From IMG/VR virus record IMGVR_UViG_3300020202_000076, positions 401 to 64,400 of that record: 64,000 bases of DNA. One strand, 5' to 3'. A program made the translations under genes and the position numbers. Below, one piece after another: positions 61,885-64,000 of this stretch. This stretch comes from a virus (taxonomy: Duplodnaviria > Caudoviricetes). The notes beneath the pieces are model-generated. The model worked only from the letters and a program-made list of their open reading frames with translations. It was not told where the DNA came from and made no database searches. Each line of letters opens with the position of its first letter. Position 1 is the first letter of the stretch.

Positions 61885-62238
61885 ATGAGCGAGTGGCTGC
61901 CCGCCATTGCGTATCGTCGGCTGTGCCGGGAGATCGCGTCTGAGATTGTCGCGGCGATGGCGTTCCGAGACATGGGCTTTGAACAGATGGCCCCGGTCAT
62001 TGGCTCCACCGCTGGCGCTCTCAAGCGGAAGCTCGACCGGCTGATCGCGGGTCAATCGATTTCGCTCCGCGACGTGAGCGATCTTGCGTGGGCCCTGGAC
62101 TGTCGACTGTCCTTCCGCCTTGTCCCGCGCGAGCCGGACAAGGCTCCCGCGACGAACTCAAGCAACAGCGGAAGCACTCTGAAGGACGACGGAGCCACAT
62201 CGGATTCCGGGGAGCAGGAGGCGAAGCAGTCGTCATGA
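61885..62238 (+). CDS. HTH-like protein ending in a family-I motif
   Basis: GGAGG SD; FEQMA..IG......ISLRDVSDLAWALDC.L.F.L. Confidence 0.6.
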   Translation: MSEWLPAIAYRRLCREIASEIVAAMAFRDMGFEQMAPVIGSTAGALKRKLDRLIAGQSISLRDVSDLAWALDCRLSFRLVPREPDKAPATNSSNSGSTLKDDGATSDSGEQEAKQSS

Positions 62239-62456
62239 AAACTTTTGTGGCTGACGCAGGCAGTCAGCGAGCCCTTTCCGGTGAAGGAGTGTCCATCCGA
62301 TGAGCGACACCGAACGCGACTGCTGGGAGCTTCAGAAGCTGTGCGAGTGGCTTGCCTCCCGCGCTCCCCAGGATTTGGCCCGCGACCTTCAGACACTGGA
62401 GAAGGCACGCAACACGCTCAACCGGGTGATCGGCTTGGCACGCGGGGAGGTCAAGG

Positions 62457-63233
62457 ATGCCGCGTGACTATCTCTCGGCATCGCAGATCAACCGGTTCCT
62501 CGACGAGCCGGCCCTGTGGGTGATGGACCAGCTATTCGGCATCAAGGCTCCGGCAGGACCGGGAGCATGGCGGGGGTCGGCCGTGGAAGCCGCATGCGAT
62601 GCCGTCCTGTTCGCCAAGGCGGATGACGACGAGGCGCTGAAGGCGGCGAACGACCGGTTCGAGGTCGACGCTCAGGGCGACATGTCCGACGACGTGAACA
62701 AGGAACGGGTCGCAATCCCGGTCTACCTGAAGAACATCCTGCCGACCATCCGTGGTCTTGGGACGCCGCTGACCAAGCAGTCGAAGATCGTCCTGCAACT
62801 ACCGACGCTCGACTTAGACATCATCGGGTACGTCGATTACCGGTTTCCCGACTTCCTGATGGACCTGAAGACGACGGGCCGGATGCCCTCGCTCGATCCC
62901 ATCAGCGGGCGGATCAAGGACAAGGCGGATCACCTTCGACAGGTCGCGATCTACGAGCGCGCGGAGGCCGTGTCCCCTCGCCTCTGCTACGGCACGCCGG
63001 GCAAGCCCGAGAAGGGCCAAGACCGCAAACCCCCACTGATCTACACGCCGAGCCGCGACGAGCTGGACGCTGCCATGCGCCAGGTCGAAGCCGCCGGCCG
63101 CGCGATGCAGCGGCTCCTCAGAAGCGAGCAGCCGAAGGAGCGCATCGCCGAACTCTACCCGCCTCGGGACATGGAGTCCTACGTCTGGAACGACCGGCTT
63201 CGCGCAGAAGCAACAACCATCTGGAGACTGTGA
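62457..63233 (+). CDS. PD-(D/E)XK exonuclease (RecB/Cas4-like)
   Basis: YLSASQIN, IIGYVD...LMDLKTT, H.RQVAIY. Confidence 0.85.
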   Translation: MPRDYLSASQINRFLDEPALWVMDQLFGIKAPAGPGAWRGSAVEAACDAVLFAKADDDEALKAANDRFEVDAQGDMSDDVNKERVAIPVYLKNILPTIRGLGTPLTKQSKIVLQLPTLDLDIIGYVDYRFPDFLMDLKTTGRMPSLDPISGRIKDKADHLRQVAIYERAEAVSPRLCYGTPGKPEKGQDRKPPLIYTPSRDELDAAMRQVEAAGRAMQRLLRSEQPKERIAELYPPRDMESYVWNDRLRAEATTIWRL

Positions 63234-63868
63234 CCATGTACATGCCGCCCAACAGCGGGAACGACTTCGCGCCGCCGCCCGCCGGCACCCATATGGCGAT
63301 CTGTTATCGCGTGATCGACCTGGGCACGCAGCCCGTCGACTGGCAGGGCGAGACCAAGCACCAGCACAAGGTTCTGGTGTCCTGGGAGTTGCCGGACGAG
63401 AAGATGGAGGACGGCAAGCCGTTCAGCATCCATCAGCGCTACACCTTCTCCAGCCACGAGAAGTCGCGCTTTCGTCAGGATCTGGAGGCGTGGCGGGGCG
63501 CGAAGTTCACCGAGGCCGATCTGGCCGGGCCGCCCAACGGCTTCCACATCCGCAAGATCCTCGGCGTCCCGTGCCTGCTGACGGTCGTTCACAATGTCAA
63601 GCAGACGAAGACCTACGCCAACATCTCGGCGGTCTCCAAGCTGATGAAGGGCATGACGGCGCCGGCCCTGACGAACGAGAAGGTCTACTTCTCGCTCCAC
63701 CCCGACGAGTACAGCCAGGAGGTATTCGACAAGCTGTCGGCTGGTCTCCGTGCGGCGATCGAGAAGGCGCCCGAGTACATCAACCTCCGTCACCCGCGCA
63801 ACGGCGAAGCCGTCCATGAGGCGCCGCCGCCGCGCCATGACGACATGGATCAGGAGATACCTTTCTAG
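63230..63868 (+). CDS. Phage ssDNA-binding-like protein
   Basis: F.PPPAGTH.A.CYRVIDLGTQ...YT.S.HEKS..R.DLE.WRG; acidic tail DDMDQEIPF. Confidence 0.75.
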   Translation: MTMYMPPNSGNDFAPPPAGTHMAICYRVIDLGTQPVDWQGETKHQHKVLVSWELPDEKMEDGKPFSIHQRYTFSSHEKSRFRQDLEAWRGAKFTEADLAGPPNGFHIRKILGVPCLLTVVHNVKQTKTYANISAVSKLMKGMTAPALTNEKVYFSLHPDEYSQEVFDKLSAGLRAAIEKAPEYINLRHPRNGEAVHEAPPPRHDDMDQEIPF

Positions 63869-63869
63869 C

Positions 63870-64000
63870 ATGACCGCGTCCGCAGCCCTCGCCGGCACCT
63901 TCAGCGACTTCAAGCTCATCAAGAGCCGAGGGGTTGCTCAGTTGGTGATCGAAGTTCCGCTTGAGAAGGCGGACGCCGCTTTGTCCACGCTCGGCGGATT
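63870..64000 (+). CDS. N-terminal fragment of a phage hypothetical protein
   Basis: MTASAALAGTFSDFKLIKSRGVAQLVIEVPLEKADAALSTLGG runs off the window edge. Confidence 0.65.
   Translation, partial: MTASAALAGTFSDFKLIKSRGVAQLVIEVPLEKADAALSTLGG

Larger units (their letters stand above)
4122..62196. repeat. Dispersed family-I junction motif CCCGCGACG-N32/33-G(A/C)CGGAGCC, six copies
   Basis: 4122-4171(+), 11788-11837(+), 13096-13145(+), 50564-50613(-), 54709-54759(-), 62146-62196(+). Confidence 0.85.
1..64000. mobile_element. Temperate podovirus-like phage genome, circularly permuted, near complete
   Basis: Integrase/xis, cI/cro, TerS/TerL, portal, scaffold, capsid, adaptor/nozzle, ejection proteins and lysis genes are all present. 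No tape-measure or sheath gene and no host housekeeping genes were recognised. Confidence 0.92.

Noticed and set aside
1-64000. Genome-wide UGA-to-Trp recoding
   Set aside because: Many genes end in TGA overlapping the next start (ATGA/TGATG), long genes are intact in code 11, and Trp is encoded by TGG, including within the RF gene.

Overview
The window is almost entirely one temperate, GC-rich, podovirus-like phage, probably of an alphaproteobacterial host (alpha-type LexA DNA-binding domain, IS1595/ISNha5 element). It looks circularly permuted and nearly complete: the partial ORFs at 63870-64000 and 1-147 read like the two ends of one gene, and phage genes flank the integrase/attP region on both sides. 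Gene order: early accessory genes, xis and int (0-5.4 kb); a ~5 kb IS1595-family element with passengers (6470-11435); a + strand accessory locus (11.4-13.1 kb); on the - strand, lysis, ejection/tail, capsid, portal and terminase genes with embedded glycosyl- and methyltransferases, followed by late-control and replication genes (13.2-55.6 kb); the cro/cI switch; and a rightward early operon with exonuclease and SSB-like genes. The main candidate for an undescribed system is the 11.4-13.1 kb locus. It holds an N-terminally truncated RF1-like release factor whose frame is interrupted by an in-frame UGA where RF1 proteins commonly have Trp (G-W-K). It is accompanied by two ~91-nt elements sharing a tRNA-like T-arm/acceptor 3' end and by an unannotated 51-aa basic CxxC peptide. 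Independently, two families of spaced, bipartite ~50-bp motifs (six and three copies) sit at accessory-gene junctions across the genome and suggest a cassette-exchange mechanism. All family assignments are from motif recognition by eye; no database searches were run.
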